Assembly (NCBI RefSeq): GCF_003334355.1 | Contig: NZ_QOWP01000002.1 | Source: Escherichia coli | GTDB lineage: Bacteria > Pseudomonadota > Gammaproteobacteria > Enterobacterales > Enterobacteriaceae | Strand: one strand, 5' to 3' | Length of the DNA: 64,000 nt | Shown here: positions 1 to 11,243 of the stretch, piece by piece | Position numbering within the stretch: the first letter of the stretch is position 1 | How the letters are laid out: each line of letters starts with the position of its first letter | The notes under the pieces: generated by a model | Database searches by the model: none | The model's input: the letters and a program-made list of their open reading frames with translations, nothing else | Told to the model about the DNA's origin: nothing | Program-made: the position numbers and the translations under genes

Positions 1-173
1 ATTTCCAGATCGATAAGCCAGGTCATGGCCTGCTGACGCGAGTTACCGCACATTTCAGCACTGGCTTGTAAGCCTGCACAGACTTTCGGTCGCAGTGGCG
101 AGGTGAAAATTTTACAGCGTTGCTGTTCATCAAGCTGAATGCAGGGCGTATTGGCGGGCTTGCCATCTGGCAT
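1..173 (-). CDS. yeiW: Partial CDS, N-terminal ~57 codons of a small cysteine-containing protein (YeiW-like); continues past window start
   Basis: Minus-strand frame open from ATG (revcomp of 171-173) to position 1; translation [57 protein letters not shown]; position immediately upstream of yeiP matches K-12 gene order. Start codon choice uncertain. Confidence 0.5.
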
Positions 174-393
174 ACCGGGAATAGGGCTGGAAATTGAAGG
201 GGCAGTGCAACACGCCCCGCAACCCGGACGGCATTCCATACGTTGTTCTCTTAAGGTTAACCATCGGATTGATGAGCGCGCACAGTACCACCTTTTTTGC
301 ACCAGCAAAAGTGCGAATACCACTTGCCCGAAAGGCCCGTCGCGAGTACTTTGTCGCGATATTTTTGACATTTTCGACTACAGGAATTTTTCG

Positions 394-966
394 ATGCCAA
401 GAGCGAACGAAATTAAAAAAGGTATGGTACTGAATTACAACGGCAAACTGCTGCTGGTTAAGGATATTGATATTCAGTCGCCCACTGCCCGCGGTGCCGC
501 TACGCTGTACAAAATGCGTTTTTCTGATGTCCGTACCGGGCTGAAAGTAGAAGAGCGTTTCAAAGGTGATGATATCGTTGACACCGTGACGCTGACCCGC
601 CGTTACGTTGACTTCTCCTATGTCGATGGCAACGAATATGTCTTTATGGATAAAGAAGACTATACCCCGTATACCTTCACCAAAGATCAGATTGAAGAAG
701 AGTTGCTGTTTATGCCAGAGGGCGGCATGCCGGACATGCAGGTGCTGACCTGGGACGGTCAACTGCTGGCGCTTGAGCTGCCGCAGACCGTTGATCTGGA
801 AATCGTTGAAACCGCACCAGGCATCAAAGGGGCATCTGCCAGCGCCCGTAACAAACCGGCGACATTGAGCACTGGTCTGGTGATTCAGGTACCAGAATAC
901 TTAAGCCCGGGCGAAAAAATTCGTATCCATATCGAAGAACGCCGTTATATGGGGCGTGCTGACTAA
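394..966 (+). CDS. yeiP: Elongation factor P-like protein (EfpL/YeiP), 190 aa
   Basis: ATG at 394 gives the expected 190-aa product ([24 protein letters not shown]...); the ORF-track start at 139 is an upstream extension. Confidence 0.9.
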
Positions 967-983
967 CTTCAGCCGCATGCAGA

Positions 984-1013
984 AAAGGGATAGCTCAGGC
1001 TGTCCCTTTTTTA
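984..1013 (+). terminator. Putative intrinsic terminator after yeiP
   Basis: Imperfect GC-rich hairpin (aagggatagc tcag gctgtccc) followed by a T-run tttttt. Confidence 0.45.
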
Positions 1014-1188
1014 ATTTATTATACCAATCTTCTATTTTGCGCTTCCTGAACACCTTACGCCCTCAATTTTCACTCGTTGATTGATCGCCCTCACACTTCA
1101 TCGCATTAACAATCCAGACCAATTTCAATTGCTGTCATATAACTTTACACTGTCATTGTTAATTTATCGTTACTAAGACGTGACTCCT

Positions 1189-2655
1189 ATGAAGACAATT
1201 GCCTCCGTTACGCTCCCGCATCATGTACACGCTCCACGCTACGATCGCCAGCAGTTGCAATCACGTATCGTTCATTTTGGCTTTGGCGCCTTTCACCGCG
1301 CTCATCAGGCGTTACTGACCGATCGTGTGCTGAATGCCCAGGGCGGCGACTGGGGGATCTGTGAAATCAGCTTGTTCAGCGGTGATCAACTGATGAGCCA
1401 GCTCCGCGCACAGAACCATTTATATACCGTGCTGGAGAAAGGTGCGGACGGCAATCAGGTGATAATTGTCGGTGCCGTTCACGAATGCCTTAATGCAAAA
1501 CTGGATTCCTTAGCGGCAATTATTGAGAAATTTTGCGAGCCACAGGTGGCAATTGTTTCCCTGACGATTACCGAAAAAGGCTATTGTATTGACCCGGCCA
1601 CCGGTGCACTCGACACCAGTAATCCGCGGATTATTCACGATCTACAAACCCCTGAAGAACCTCACTCCGCACCGGGTATTCTCGTCGAAGCACTGAAACG
1701 CCGCCGTGAGCGCGGCCTTACACCGTTTACCGTGCTCTCCTGCGACAATATTCCCGACAATGGTCATGTGGTGAAAAACGCGGTGCTGGGAATGGCAGAA
1801 AAACGTTCGCCAGAACTCGCCGGGTGGATAAAAGAGCACGTCAGTTTTCCGGGAACCATGGTCGACCGAATTGTTCCGGCTGCAACCGACGAATCACTGG
1901 TGGAAATCAGCCAGCATCTGGGGGTGAATGATCCCTGCGCGATTAGCTGCGAACCGTTTATCCAGTGGGTGGTGGAAGATAACTTCGTCGCTGGGCGTCC
2001 TGCCTGGGAAGTCGCAGGTGTACAAATGGTGAATGATGTCCTGCCATGGGAAGAGATGAAACTGCGGATGCTTAATGGCAGCCACTCTTTTCTCGCTTAT
2101 CTGGGTTACCTCTCAGGATTCGCCCATATCAGTGATTGCATGCAGGATCGCGCATTTCGCCATGCCGCCAGAACATTAATGCTGGATGAGCAAGCGCCGA
2201 CACTGCAAATTAAAGATGTCGATTTAACACAATATGCGGATAAGTTAATTGCACGTTTTGCTAATCCGGCGCTGAAACATAAGACCTGGCAAATCGCGAT
2301 GGATGGCAGCCAGAAATTACCGCAACGCATGCTGGCAGGTATTCGCATACATCAGGGGCGCGAAACGGACTGGTCGTTGCTGGCATTAGGCGTTGCAGGC
2401 TGGATGCGTTACGTCAGCGGCGTTGATGATGCCGGAAATGCCATTGATGTTCGCGATCCGCTTAGCGATAAAATTCGCGAACTTGTTGCGGGCAGCAGCA
2501 GTGAACAACGCGTAACCGCCCTGCTTTCCCTGCGTGAAGTTTTCGGTGATGATCTGCCAGATAACCCGCATTTTGTGCAGGCCATCGAACAAGCCTGGCA
2601 ACAAATCGTACAATTCGGCGCACATCAGGCGCTATTAAACACCCTCAAAATTTAA
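1189..2655 (+). CDS. yeiQ: Putative mannitol-dehydrogenase-family oxidoreductase YeiQ, 488 aa
   Basis: ORF 1180-2655; ATG at 1189 gives the 488-aa length I recall for YeiQ (MKTIASVTLP...); mannitol dehydrogenase-like sequence. Confidence 0.85.
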   Translation: MKTIASVTLPHHVHAPRYDRQQLQSRIVHFGFGAFHRAHQALLTDRVLNAQGGDWGICEISLFSGDQLMSQLRAQNHLYTVLEKGADGNQVIIVGAVHECLNAKLDSLAAIIEKFCEPQVAIVSLTITEKGYCIDPATGALDTSNPRIIHDLQTPEEPHSAPGILVEALKRRRERGLTPFTVLSCDNIPDNGHVVKNAVLGMAEKRSPELAGWIKEHVSFPGTMVDRIVPAATDESLVEISQHLGVNDPCAISCEPFIQWVVEDNFVAGRPAWEVAGVQMVNDVLPWEEMKLRMLNGSHSFLAYLGYLSGFAHISDCMQDRAFRHAARTLMLDEQAPTLQIKDVDLTQYADKLIARFANPALKHKTWQIAMDGSQKLPQRMLAGIRIHQGRETDWSLLALGVAGWMRYVSGVDDAGNAIDVRDPLSDKIRELVAGSSSEQRVTALLSLREVFGDDLPDNPHFVQAIEQAWQQIVQFGAHQALLNTLKI

Positions 2656-2672
2656 CGATTTCTGCGGTTAAA

Positions 2673-2705
2673 GCGGATGAAGCTCACCTTCGTCCGCTCT
2701 CCCCT
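2673..2705 (+). terminator. Possible terminator after yeiQ
   Basis: Near-perfect hairpin gcggatgaag ctcac cttcgtccgc followed by a T/C-rich tract; weak U-run. Confidence 0.3.
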
Positions 2706-2772
2706 TCTCTTTTCTGCCTTTTTTAGCCAGGATTAACGCTCAGTTAACTTACCAGAGTATTGCGGAGCCGTT

Positions 2773-3759
2773 GTGACCAGGACCAACCTCATCACCGGTT
2801 TTCTCGGCAGCGGGAAAACCACGTCGATTCTTCATCTGTTAGCCCATAAAGATCCCAACGAAAAATGGGCGGTACTGGTTAATGAATTTGGGGAAGTCGG
2901 AATTGATGGTGCTTTGCTCGCCGATAGCGGCGCATTGCTGAAAGAGATCCCCGGCGGCTGCATGTGCTGCGTTAATGGTTTACCCATGCAGGTAGGGTTG
3001 AATACCTTACTGCGTCAGGGAAAACCAGACCGCTTGTTGATAGAGCCGACCGGGCTGGGCCATCCGAAACAGATCCTCGATCTGTTAACCGCACCAGTCT
3101 ATGAACCGTGGATAGATCTGCGCGCCACCTTGTGCATTCTCGATCCACGCCTGCTGCTGGACGAAAAAAGCGCCAGCAATGAAAACTTCCGTGACCAGCT
3201 GGCTGCCGCAGACATCATTGTCGCCAATAAATCCGACCGTGCGACGCCCGAAAGTGAGCAAGCGCTACAGCGTTGGTGGCAGCAAAATGGTGGCGATCGA
3301 CAATTAATTCACAGTGAGCATGGGAAAGTTGACGGTCATCTTCTGGATTTGCCGCGTCGCAATTTAGCCGAGTTGCCCGCCAGCGCCGCGCATTCTCATC
3401 AGCATGTCGTGAAAAAAGGGTTAGCAGCGTTAAGCCTGCCAGAGCATCAACGCTGGCGTCGCAGTCTGAACAGCGGGCAAGGATATCAGGCCTGCGGCTG
3501 GATATTCGACGCTGATACGGTATTCGACACCATTGGCATTCTGGAATGGGCGCGACTTGCACCGGTGGAACGCGTCAAAGGCGTGCTGCGTATTCCCGAA
3601 GGGCTGGTACGAATCAACCGTCAGGGCGATGACCTGCACATTGAAACGCAAAACGTTGCGCCACCGGACAGCCGTATTGAGCTGATTTCCAGCAGCGAAG
3701 CTGACTGGAATGCCTTACAGAGCGCGCTGTTGAAGCTTCGTTTAGCGACTACCGCGTAA
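2773..3759 (+). CDS. yeiR: Zinc-binding GTPase YeiR (COG0523 family), 328 aa
   Basis: GTG-initiated ORF with P-loop GFLGSGKTT and CxCC motif (GGCMCC); GGAG Shine-Dalgarno 6 nt upstream. Confidence 0.85.
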   Translation: MTRTNLITGFLGSGKTTSILHLLAHKDPNEKWAVLVNEFGEVGIDGALLADSGALLKEIPGGCMCCVNGLPMQVGLNTLLRQGKPDRLLIEPTGLGHPKQILDLLTAPVYEPWIDLRATLCILDPRLLLDEKSASNENFRDQLAAADIIVANKSDRATPESEQALQRWWQQNGGDRQLIHSEHGKVDGHLLDLPRRNLAELPASAAHSHQHVVKKGLAALSLPEHQRWRRSLNSGQGYQACGWIFDADTVFDTIGILEWARLAPVERVKGVLRIPEGLVRINRQGDDLHIETQNVAPPDSRIELISSSEADWNALQSALLKLRLATTA

Positions 3760-3797
3760 GGTTGCCTGCGTTTTTCAGTAAGATAATTAGAGAAAAT

Positions 3798-4511
3798 ATG
3801 ATTAAAAATTTGCCGCAAATAGTGTTGTTGAATATTGTCGGCCTCGCGCTGTTTCTTTCCTGGTATATTCCCGTTAATCATGGATTCTGGTTGCCGATTG
3901 ATGCGGATATTTTTTATTTCTTTAATCAGAAACTGGTCGAAAGTAAGGCCTTTTTGTGGCTGGTTGCATTGACCAACAATCGCGCTTTCGACGGTTGTTC
4001 TCTGCTGGCGATGGGAATGTTGATGCTGGGTTTCTGGCTGAAAGAAAACGCCCCTGGCAGACGACGTATCGTGATTATGGGTCTGGTCATGCTATTAACT
4101 GCAGTGGTATTAAACCAGCTGGGTCAGGCATTAATTCCTGTAAAACGGGCCAGCCCAACATTGACTTTTACCGATATTAACCGCGTCAGCGAACTGCTCT
4201 CTGTTCCCACGAAAGATGCCTCACGAGATAGCTTTCCCGGCGATCACGGCATGATGCTGCTTATTTTTTCGGCATTCATGTGGCGTTATTTCGGCAAAGT
4301 TGCAGGCCTTATCGCCCTTATTATTTTTGTGGTTTTTGCATTTCCCAGAGTAATGATTGGCGCACACTGGTTTACTGACATCATTGTCGGTTCGATGACC
4401 GTGATATTGATCGGTTTGCCCTGGGTGTTGCTGACGCCATTAAGTGATCGATTAATCACCTTTTTTGACAAATCACTACCGGGAAAAAACAAACATTTCC
4501 AAAACAAATAA
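3798..4511 (+). CDS. lpxT: Lipid A 1-diphosphate synthase LpxT (YeiU), 237 aa, PAP2 family membrane protein
   Basis: ATG at 3798 gives 237 aa (MIKNLPQIVLLNIVGLALF...); multi-pass hydrophobic protein; ORF-track start 3762 is an extension. Confidence 0.85.
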   Translation: MIKNLPQIVLLNIVGLALFLSWYIPVNHGFWLPIDADIFYFFNQKLVESKAFLWLVALTNNRAFDGCSLLAMGMLMLGFWLKENAPGRRRIVIMGLVMLLTAVVLNQLGQALIPVKRASPTLTFTDINRVSELLSVPTKDASRDSFPGDHGMMLLIFSAFMWRYFGKVAGLIALIIFVVFAFPRVMIGAHWFTDIIVGSMTVILIGLPWVLLTPLSDRLITFFDKSLPGKNKHFQNK

Positions 4512-4922
4512 CTCACAGTAATTAACATCATCAGGCTTATTTTTATAGTGAGGATAATCCTGATGATGCGCACCGTGCTTTCATCCATCGCGCGCAAAAA
4601 TCATTCTCTAAGTAAATGAATGGATTGCATGCGTTTCACTCAATCGTACTTTAATTGACCAATCCCGCTTATTAACTTTCTGTATCACTTTTTCTTATAA
4701 AAAATCATGCAAAACCGCTCGCCAAGACCGCATCAATCGGGTAATCTCGAACTCGTTTTGCCTCGGCGGTAGATTATCCTCACAGCATATAATTTTGTGC
4801 GTTAGTCCACAGATTTGGCCTTAAGGAATTGTTTCAACATGCCCAGGTAATTAGTCTCGTGTCGCTTGGCATTTTTTTATAACGATATTTGTCGTTAAGG
4901 ACTTCAAGGGAAAACAAACAAC

Positions 4923-5489
4923 ATGGTCAAATCTCAACCGATTTTGAGATATATCTTGCGCGGGATTCCCGCGATTGCAGTAGCGGTTCTGCTTTCTGCA
5001 TGTAGTGCAAATAACACCGCAAAGAATATGCATCCTGAGACACGTGCAGTGGGTAGTGAAACATCATCACTGCAAGCTTCTCAGGATGAATTTGAAAACC
5101 TGGTTCGTAATGTCGACGTAAAATCGCGAATTATGGATCAGTATGCTGACTGGAAAGGCGTACGTTATCGTCTGGGCGGCAGCACTAAAAAAGGTATCGA
5201 TTGTTCTGGTTTCGTACAGCGTACATTCCGTGAGCAATTTGGCTTAGAACTTCCGCGTTCGACTTACGAACAGCAGGAAATGGGTAAATCTGTTTCCCGC
5301 AGTAATTTGCGTACGGGTGATTTAGTTCTGTTCCGTGCCGGTTCAACGGGACGCCATGTCGGTATTTATATCGGCAACAATCAGTTTGTCCATGCTTCCA
5401 CCAGCAGTGGTGTTATTATTTCCAGCATGAATGAACCGTACTGGAAGAAGCGTTACAACGAAGCACGCCGGGTTCTCAGCCGCAGCTAA
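4923..5489 (+). CDS. mepS: Murein DD-endopeptidase MepS (Spr), NlpC/P60 lipoprotein, 188 aa
   Basis: Lipobox LLSAC near N-terminus; NlpC/P60 catalytic-domain sequence; matches Spr. Confidence 0.9.
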
Positions 5490-5536
5490 TAAACCGTTTG
5501 GATGCAATCCCTTGGCTATCCTGACGAGTTAACTGA

Positions 5537-5568
5537 AAGCACTGCTTAGGCAGTGCTTTTTTGTTTTC
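5537..5568 (+). terminator. Intrinsic terminator after mepS
   Basis: Perfect hairpin aagcactgc ttag gcagtgctt followed by ttttttg. Confidence 0.6.
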
Positions 5569-5669
5569 ATTCATCAGAGAAAATGATGTTTCCGCGTCTT
5601 GATCCAGGCTATAGTCCGGTCATTGTTATCTTTTAAATGTTGTCGTAATTTCAGGAAATTAACGGAATC

Positions 5670-7226
5670 ATGTTCATACGCGCTCCCAATTTTGGACGTA
5701 AGCTCCTGCTTACCTGCATTGTTGCAGGCGTAATGATTGCGATACTGGTGAGTTGCCTTCAGTTTTTAGTGGCCTGGCATAAGCACGAAGTCAAATACGA
5801 CACACTGATTACCGACGTACAAAAGTATCTCGATACCTATTTTGCCGACCTGAAATCCACTACTGACCGGCTCCAGCCGCTGACCTTAGATACCTGCCAG
5901 CAAGCTAACCCCGAACTGACCGCCCGCGCAGCGTTTAGCATGAATGTCCGAACGTTTGTGCTGGTGAAAGATAAAAAAACATTCTGTTCATCTGCGACCG
6001 GTGAGATGGACATTCCACTCAATGAATTGATTCCGGCGCTCGACATTAATAAAAACGTCGATATGGCGATCTTACCCGGCACGCCGATGGTGCCGAACAA
6101 ACCCGCAATCGTCATCTGGTATCGCAACCCTTTGCTGAAAAATAGCGGCGTCTTTGCCGCTCTGAATCTCAACCTGACGCCTTCACTCTTTTATAGTTCA
6201 CGGCAGGAAGATTACGATGGCGTCGCCCTCATTATTGGCAATACTGCGCTATCTACCTTTTCTTCACGTTTGATGAACGTTAACGAATTAACCGACATGC
6301 CAGTCCGTGAAACTAAAATTGCGGGCATTCCTCTGACCGTTCGGCTTTATGCAGATGACTGGACATGGAACGATGTGTGGTACGCATTTTTACTGGGCGG
6401 CATGAGTGGAACTGTCGTTGGCCTGCTCTGCTATTACCTGATGAGCGTACGTATGCGCCCCGGCAGAGAAATCATGACCGCCATCAAGCGCGAACAATTT
6501 TACGTGGCGTATCAACCGGTGGTGGATACACAAGCTTTGCGAGTAACGGGCCTGGAAGTACTGCTACGCTGGCGGCATCCTGTCGCGGGAGAAATTCCCC
6601 CGGATGCCTTCATTAACTTTGCCGAATCGCAAAAGATGATTGTGCCGCTGACTCAGCACCTGTTTGAGTTAATTGCCCGCGATGCCGCAGAATTAGAAAA
6701 AGTGCTGCCGGTAGGCGTCAAATTTGGTATTAACATTGCGCCGGACCATCTGCACAGCGAAAGCTTTAAAGCAGATATCCAGAAACTGCTCACTTCCCTG
6801 CCCGCACACCATTTCCAGATTGTGCTGGAAATTACCGAGCGCGATATGTTGAAAGAGCAAGAAGCCACACAACTCTTCGCCTGGCTGCACTCGGTCGGCG
6901 TAGAAATTGCTATTGATGACTTCGGCACCGGGCACAGCGCGCTTATCTATCTTGAGCGTTTTACGCTCGATTATCTGAAAATTGACCGTGGATTTATCAA
7001 CGCCATCGGTACGGAAACGATCACTTCACCCGTACTTGACGCGGTGCTGACGCTGGCGAAACGCCTCAATATGCTGACGGTTGCTGAAGGGGTCGAAACG
7101 CCGGAACAGGCGCGATGGCTAAGCGAACGCGGCGTTAATTTCATGCAAGGCTACTGGATTAGTCGCCCGTTACCGCTGGACGATTTTGTTCGCTGGCTGA
7201 AGAAACCGTATACGCCGCAGTGGTAA
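5670..7226 (+). CDS. rtn: EAL-domain c-di-GMP phosphodiesterase Rtn (PdeN), 518 aa
   Basis: N-terminal membrane/periplasmic region plus C-terminal EAL domain (QPVVDTQ..., EITERDM...); matches Rtn. Confidence 0.85.
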   Translation: MFIRAPNFGRKLLLTCIVAGVMIAILVSCLQFLVAWHKHEVKYDTLITDVQKYLDTYFADLKSTTDRLQPLTLDTCQQANPELTARAAFSMNVRTFVLVKDKKTFCSSATGEMDIPLNELIPALDINKNVDMAILPGTPMVPNKPAIVIWYRNPLLKNSGVFAALNLNLTPSLFYSSRQEDYDGVALIIGNTALSTFSSRLMNVNELTDMPVRETKIAGIPLTVRLYADDWTWNDVWYAFLLGGMSGTVVGLLCYYLMSVRMRPGREIMTAIKREQFYVAYQPVVDTQALRVTGLEVLLRWRHPVAGEIPPDAFINFAESQKMIVPLTQHLFELIARDAAELEKVLPVGVKFGINIAPDHLHSESFKADIQKLLTSLPAHHFQIVLEITERDMLKEQEATQLFAWLHSVGVEIAIDDFGTGHSALIYLERFTLDYLKIDRGFINAIGTETITSPVLDAVLTLAKRLNMLTVAEGVETPEQARWLSERGVNFMQGYWISRPLPLDDFVRWLKKPYTPQW

Positions 7227-7307
7227 GGTGTGCTTACGTCCCTTATTATTCATAGTGAAAGCATGCCGGATTGCGGCTAATGATGAGTAAAAGGAAATCC
7301 GTTGCAG

Positions 7308-9122
7308 ATGATTGTGCGCATACTGCTGCTGTTTATCGCTCTGTTCACCTTTGGTGCGCAGGCGCAGGCTATCAAGGAAAGCTATGCCTTTGCCGTGCTG
7401 GGCGAACCCCGGTACGCGTTTAATTTCAACCATTTTGATTATGTGAACCCCGCCGCGCCAAAAGGTGGGCAGATAACGTTGTCAGCCCTCGGCACCTTCG
7501 ATAATTTCAACCGCTATGCACTGCGCGGCAACCCGGGCGCACGCACCGAGCAGCTGTACGACACGCTATTTACGACTTCCGATGACGAACCAGGCAGTTA
7601 TTACCCGCTGATTGCTGAAAGCGCACGCTATGCTGACGATTATTCCTGGGTGGAGGTCGCTATTAATCCGCGCGCCCGTTTTCATGATGGTTCGCCCATT
7701 ACTGCCCGCGATGTAGAGTTTACTTTTCAAAAATTTATGACCGAAGGCGTGCCGCAATTTCGTCTGGTCTACAAAGGCACCACCGTCAAAGCCATTGCAC
7801 CGTTAACCGTGCGCATTGAGTTAGCTAAACCCGGCAAAGAAGATATGCTGAGTCTGTTTTCGCTGCCGGTATTTCCAGAAAAGTACTGGAAGGATCACAA
7901 ACTTAGCGACCCGCTCGCCACGCCTCCGCTTGCCAGTGGTCCGTACCGCGTTACGTCCTGGAAAATGGGGCAAAATATTGTCTATTCCCGCGTGAAAGAT
8001 TACTGGGCAGCAAACTTACCGGTAAACCGTGGACGCTGGAATTTCGACACCATTCGCTACGATTATTACCTCGATGATAATGTCGCCTTTGAAGCGTTTA
8101 AAGCAGGTGCCTTTGATTTGCGTATGGAAAACGACGCTAAAAACTGGGCCACGCGTTATACCGGTAAAAATTTCGATAAAAAATACATCATCAAAGATGA
8201 GCAAAAGAACGAATCAGCCCAAGATACGCGCTGGCTGGCGTTTAATATCCAACGTCCGGTATTCAGCGATCGCCGGGTCCGGGAAGCAATCACTCTCGCC
8301 TTTGACTTTGAATGGATGAACAAGGCGTTGTTTTACAACGCCTGGAGTCGCACGAACAGTTATTTTCAGAATACCGAATACGCGGCCAGAAATTACCCCG
8401 ACGCCGCGGAGCTGGTGCTTCTGGCACCAATGAAAAAAGATCTACCGCCAGAAGTCTTCACACAAATCTACCAGCCGCCGGTATCTAAAGGCGATGGCTA
8501 CGATCGTGACAACCTGTTAAAAGCCGACAAACTTCTCAACGAAGCGGGCTGGGTGCTGAAGGGTCAGCAACGCGTTAATGCCACAACGGGTCAGCCGCTC
8601 AGCTTTGAATTATTGCTTCCCGCAAGCAGCAATAGTCAGTGGGTATTGCCGTTCCAGCACAGCCTGCAACGGCTGGGTATCAATATGGACATTCGCAAGG
8701 TGGATAACTCGCAAATCACTAACCGCATGCGCAGTCGCGACTATGACATGATGCCGCGCCTATGGCGGGCGATGCCGTGGCCCAGTTCCGATTTACAGAT
8801 TTCCTGGTCATCGGAATATATCAATTCCACTTATAATGCCCCCGGCGTGCAAAGCCCGGTTATCGACTCGCTGATCAACCAAATTATTGCCGCGCAGGGA
8901 AATAAAGAAAAATTACTGCCGTTGGGGCGAGCACTGGATCGCGTATTAACGTGGAATTATTACATGCTGCCAATGTGGTACATGGCGGAAGACCGTCTCG
9001 CCTGGTGGGATAAATTCTCCCAACCCGCTGTACACCCTGTTTACAGCCTGGGTATCGATACCTGGTGGTATGACGTTAATAAAGCGGCCAAACTGCCGTC
9101 AGCCAGACAACAGGGAGAGTAG
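7308..9122 (+). CDS. yejA: Periplasmic substrate-binding protein of the YejABEF peptide/microcin C ABC importer, 604 aa
   Basis: Signal peptide ([21 protein letters not shown]); family 5 SBP-like; first gene of the yejABEF cluster. Confidence 0.85.
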
Positions 9123-10217
9123 ATGGGCGCTTACCTGATTCGCCGTCTGTTGCTGGTGATCCCAACGTTATGGGCGATTATCACTATCAACTTTTTCATC
9201 GTGCAAATTGCGCCTGGCGGTCCGGTCGATCAGGCCATCGCCGCCATTGAGTTTGGTAATGCCGGAGTATTACCCGGCGCAGGCGGTGAAGGTGTTCGTG
9301 CCAGCCATGCGCAAACGGGTGTCGGCAATATCAGCGACAGTAATTACCGTGGTGGACGCGGATTAGATCCAGAAGTGATCGCTGAGATCACTCATCGCTA
9401 CGGTTTCGATAAGCCGATCCACGAACGTTACTTCAAAATGCTCTGGGACTACATCCGCTTTGATTTTGGTGATAGCCTGTTTCGCAGCGCCTCGGTGCTG
9501 ACGCTGATTAAAGACAGTCTGCCGGTTTCCATCACCCTCGGATTGTGGAGCACGCTGATTATCTATCTGGTGTCGATTCCGTTAGGCATTCGCAAAGCTG
9601 TTTATAATGGGAGCCGCTTTGACGTCTGGAGTAGCGCATTTATCATCATCGGCTACGCCATTCCGGCCTTTTTGTTTGCCATCCTGCTGATTGTCTTCTT
9701 CGCGGGCGGCAGCTATTTCGACCTGTTCCCTCTACGCGGCCTGGTTTCCGCTAACTTTGATTCGCTGCCGTGGTATCAGAAAATCACCGATTATCTGTGG
9801 CATATCACGCTGCCGGTGCTGGCGACAGTGATTGGTGGCTTTGCGGCGCTGACCATGCTGACCAAAAACTCATTCCTTGATGAAGTGCGCAAGCAATACG
9901 TGGTGACCGCGCGTGCGAAAGGGGTAAGTGAAAAAAATATTCTCTGGAAACATGTGTTCCGCAACGCCATGCTGCTGGTGATTGCCGGTTTTCCGGCGAC
10001 GTTTATCAGCATGTTTTTTACCGGCTCGCTGCTGATTGAGGTGATGTTTTCACTCAATGGTCTTGGCTTACTGGGCTACGAAGCGACCGTCTCGCGCGAT
10101 TATCCTGTAATGTTTGGTACCTTGTATATTTTCACCCTGATTGGCCTGCTGCTGAATATTGTCAGTGATATCAGCTATACGCTGGTCGATCCGCGTATAG
10201 ATTTTGAGGGACGTTAA
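9123..10217 (+). CDS. yejB: ABC transporter permease YejB, 364 aa
   Basis: ATG directly abuts the yejA stop (tag atg); polytopic membrane protein. Confidence 0.9.
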
Positions 10218-11242
10218 TGTCGCGACTCAGCCCCGTCAATCAGGCCCGTTGGGCGCGTTTTCGCCATAACCGTCGCGGCTACTGGTCGTTATGGATTTTC
10301 CTCGTTTTGTTTGGTTTGAGTTTGTGTTCTGAACTTATCGCCAACGATAAACCGTTGCTGGTACGTTATGACGGCAGTTGGTATTTCCCGTTGTTGAAAA
10401 ACTACAGCGAAAGCGATTTTGGCGGCCCGCTGGCAAGTCAGGCTGATTATCAGGACCCGTGGCTGAAACAACGGCTGGAAAATAACGGCTGGGTACTGTG
10501 GGCACCGATTCGCTTTGGTGCTACCAGTATCAACTTTGCTACCGATAAGCCCTTCCCTTCTCCACCCTCCCGGCAAAACTGGCTGGGAACGGATGCCAAC
10601 GGCGGCGATGTGCTGGCACGTATTCTCTATGGCACGCGGATCTCGGTTCTGTTTGGCCTGATGCTGACTCTCTGTTCCAGCGTGATGGGCGTGCTGGCGG
10701 GGGCGCTACAAGGCTATTACGGCGGTAAAGTCGATCTCTGGGGGCAACGCTTTATTGAAGTATGGTCGGGGATGCCGACGCTGTTTTTGATTATTTTACT
10801 TTCCAGCGTCGTACAGCCTAACTTCTGGTGGCTGCTGGCAATTACTGTCTTGTTTGGCTGGATGAGTCTGGTCGGCGTGGTGCGGGCGGAGTTTTTACGT
10901 ACCCGTAATTTCGACTACATTCGTGCGGCGCAGGCGCTTGGTGTCAGCGATCGCAGTATCATCCTGCGTCATATGTTGCCTAATGCCATGGTCGCGACCC
11001 TCACCTTTTTACCGTTTATTTTATGTAGTTCGATAACCACCCTGACCTCACTCGATTTCCTCGGCTTCGGTCTGCCGCTCGGTTCACCGTCACTCGGTGA
11101 ACTGCTGTTACAAGGGAAAAATAACCTTCAGGCTCCGTGGCTTGGGATCACCGCCTTCTTGTCGGTGGCGATATTATTGTCTTTGCTGATCTTTATTGGT
11201 GAAGCCGTCCGCGACGCATTTGATCCTAATAAGGCGGTGTAG
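10217..11242 (+). CDS. yejE: ABC transporter permease YejE, 341 aa
   Basis: 1-nt overlap with the yejB stop; polytopic membrane protein. Confidence 0.9.
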   Translation: MSRLSPVNQARWARFRHNRRGYWSLWIFLVLFGLSLCSELIANDKPLLVRYDGSWYFPLLKNYSESDFGGPLASQADYQDPWLKQRLENNGWVLWAPIRFGATSINFATDKPFPSPPSRQNWLGTDANGGDVLARILYGTRISVLFGLMLTLCSSVMGVLAGALQGYYGGKVDLWGQRFIEVWSGMPTLFLIILLSSVVQPNFWWLLAITVLFGWMSLVGVVRAEFLRTRNFDYIRAAQALGVSDRSIILRHMLPNAMVATLTFLPFILCSSITTLTSLDFLGFGLPLGSPSLGELLLQGKNNLQAPWLGITAFLSVAILLSLLIFIGEAVRDAFDPNKAV

Positions 11243-11243
11243 C

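Noticed and set aside
139-966. Upstream-extended ORF-track starts for yeiP (139), yeiQ (1180), lpxT (3762), yejA (7302), yejF (11196), narP (24214), ccmC (29912), napB (32307), eco (37452), rcsB (49503) and atoS (53402)
   Set aside because: Internal start codons give the known protein lengths, sit at operon junctions (for example ATGA overlaps) or follow better ribosome-binding sites. The extensions run through upstream genes or terminators.
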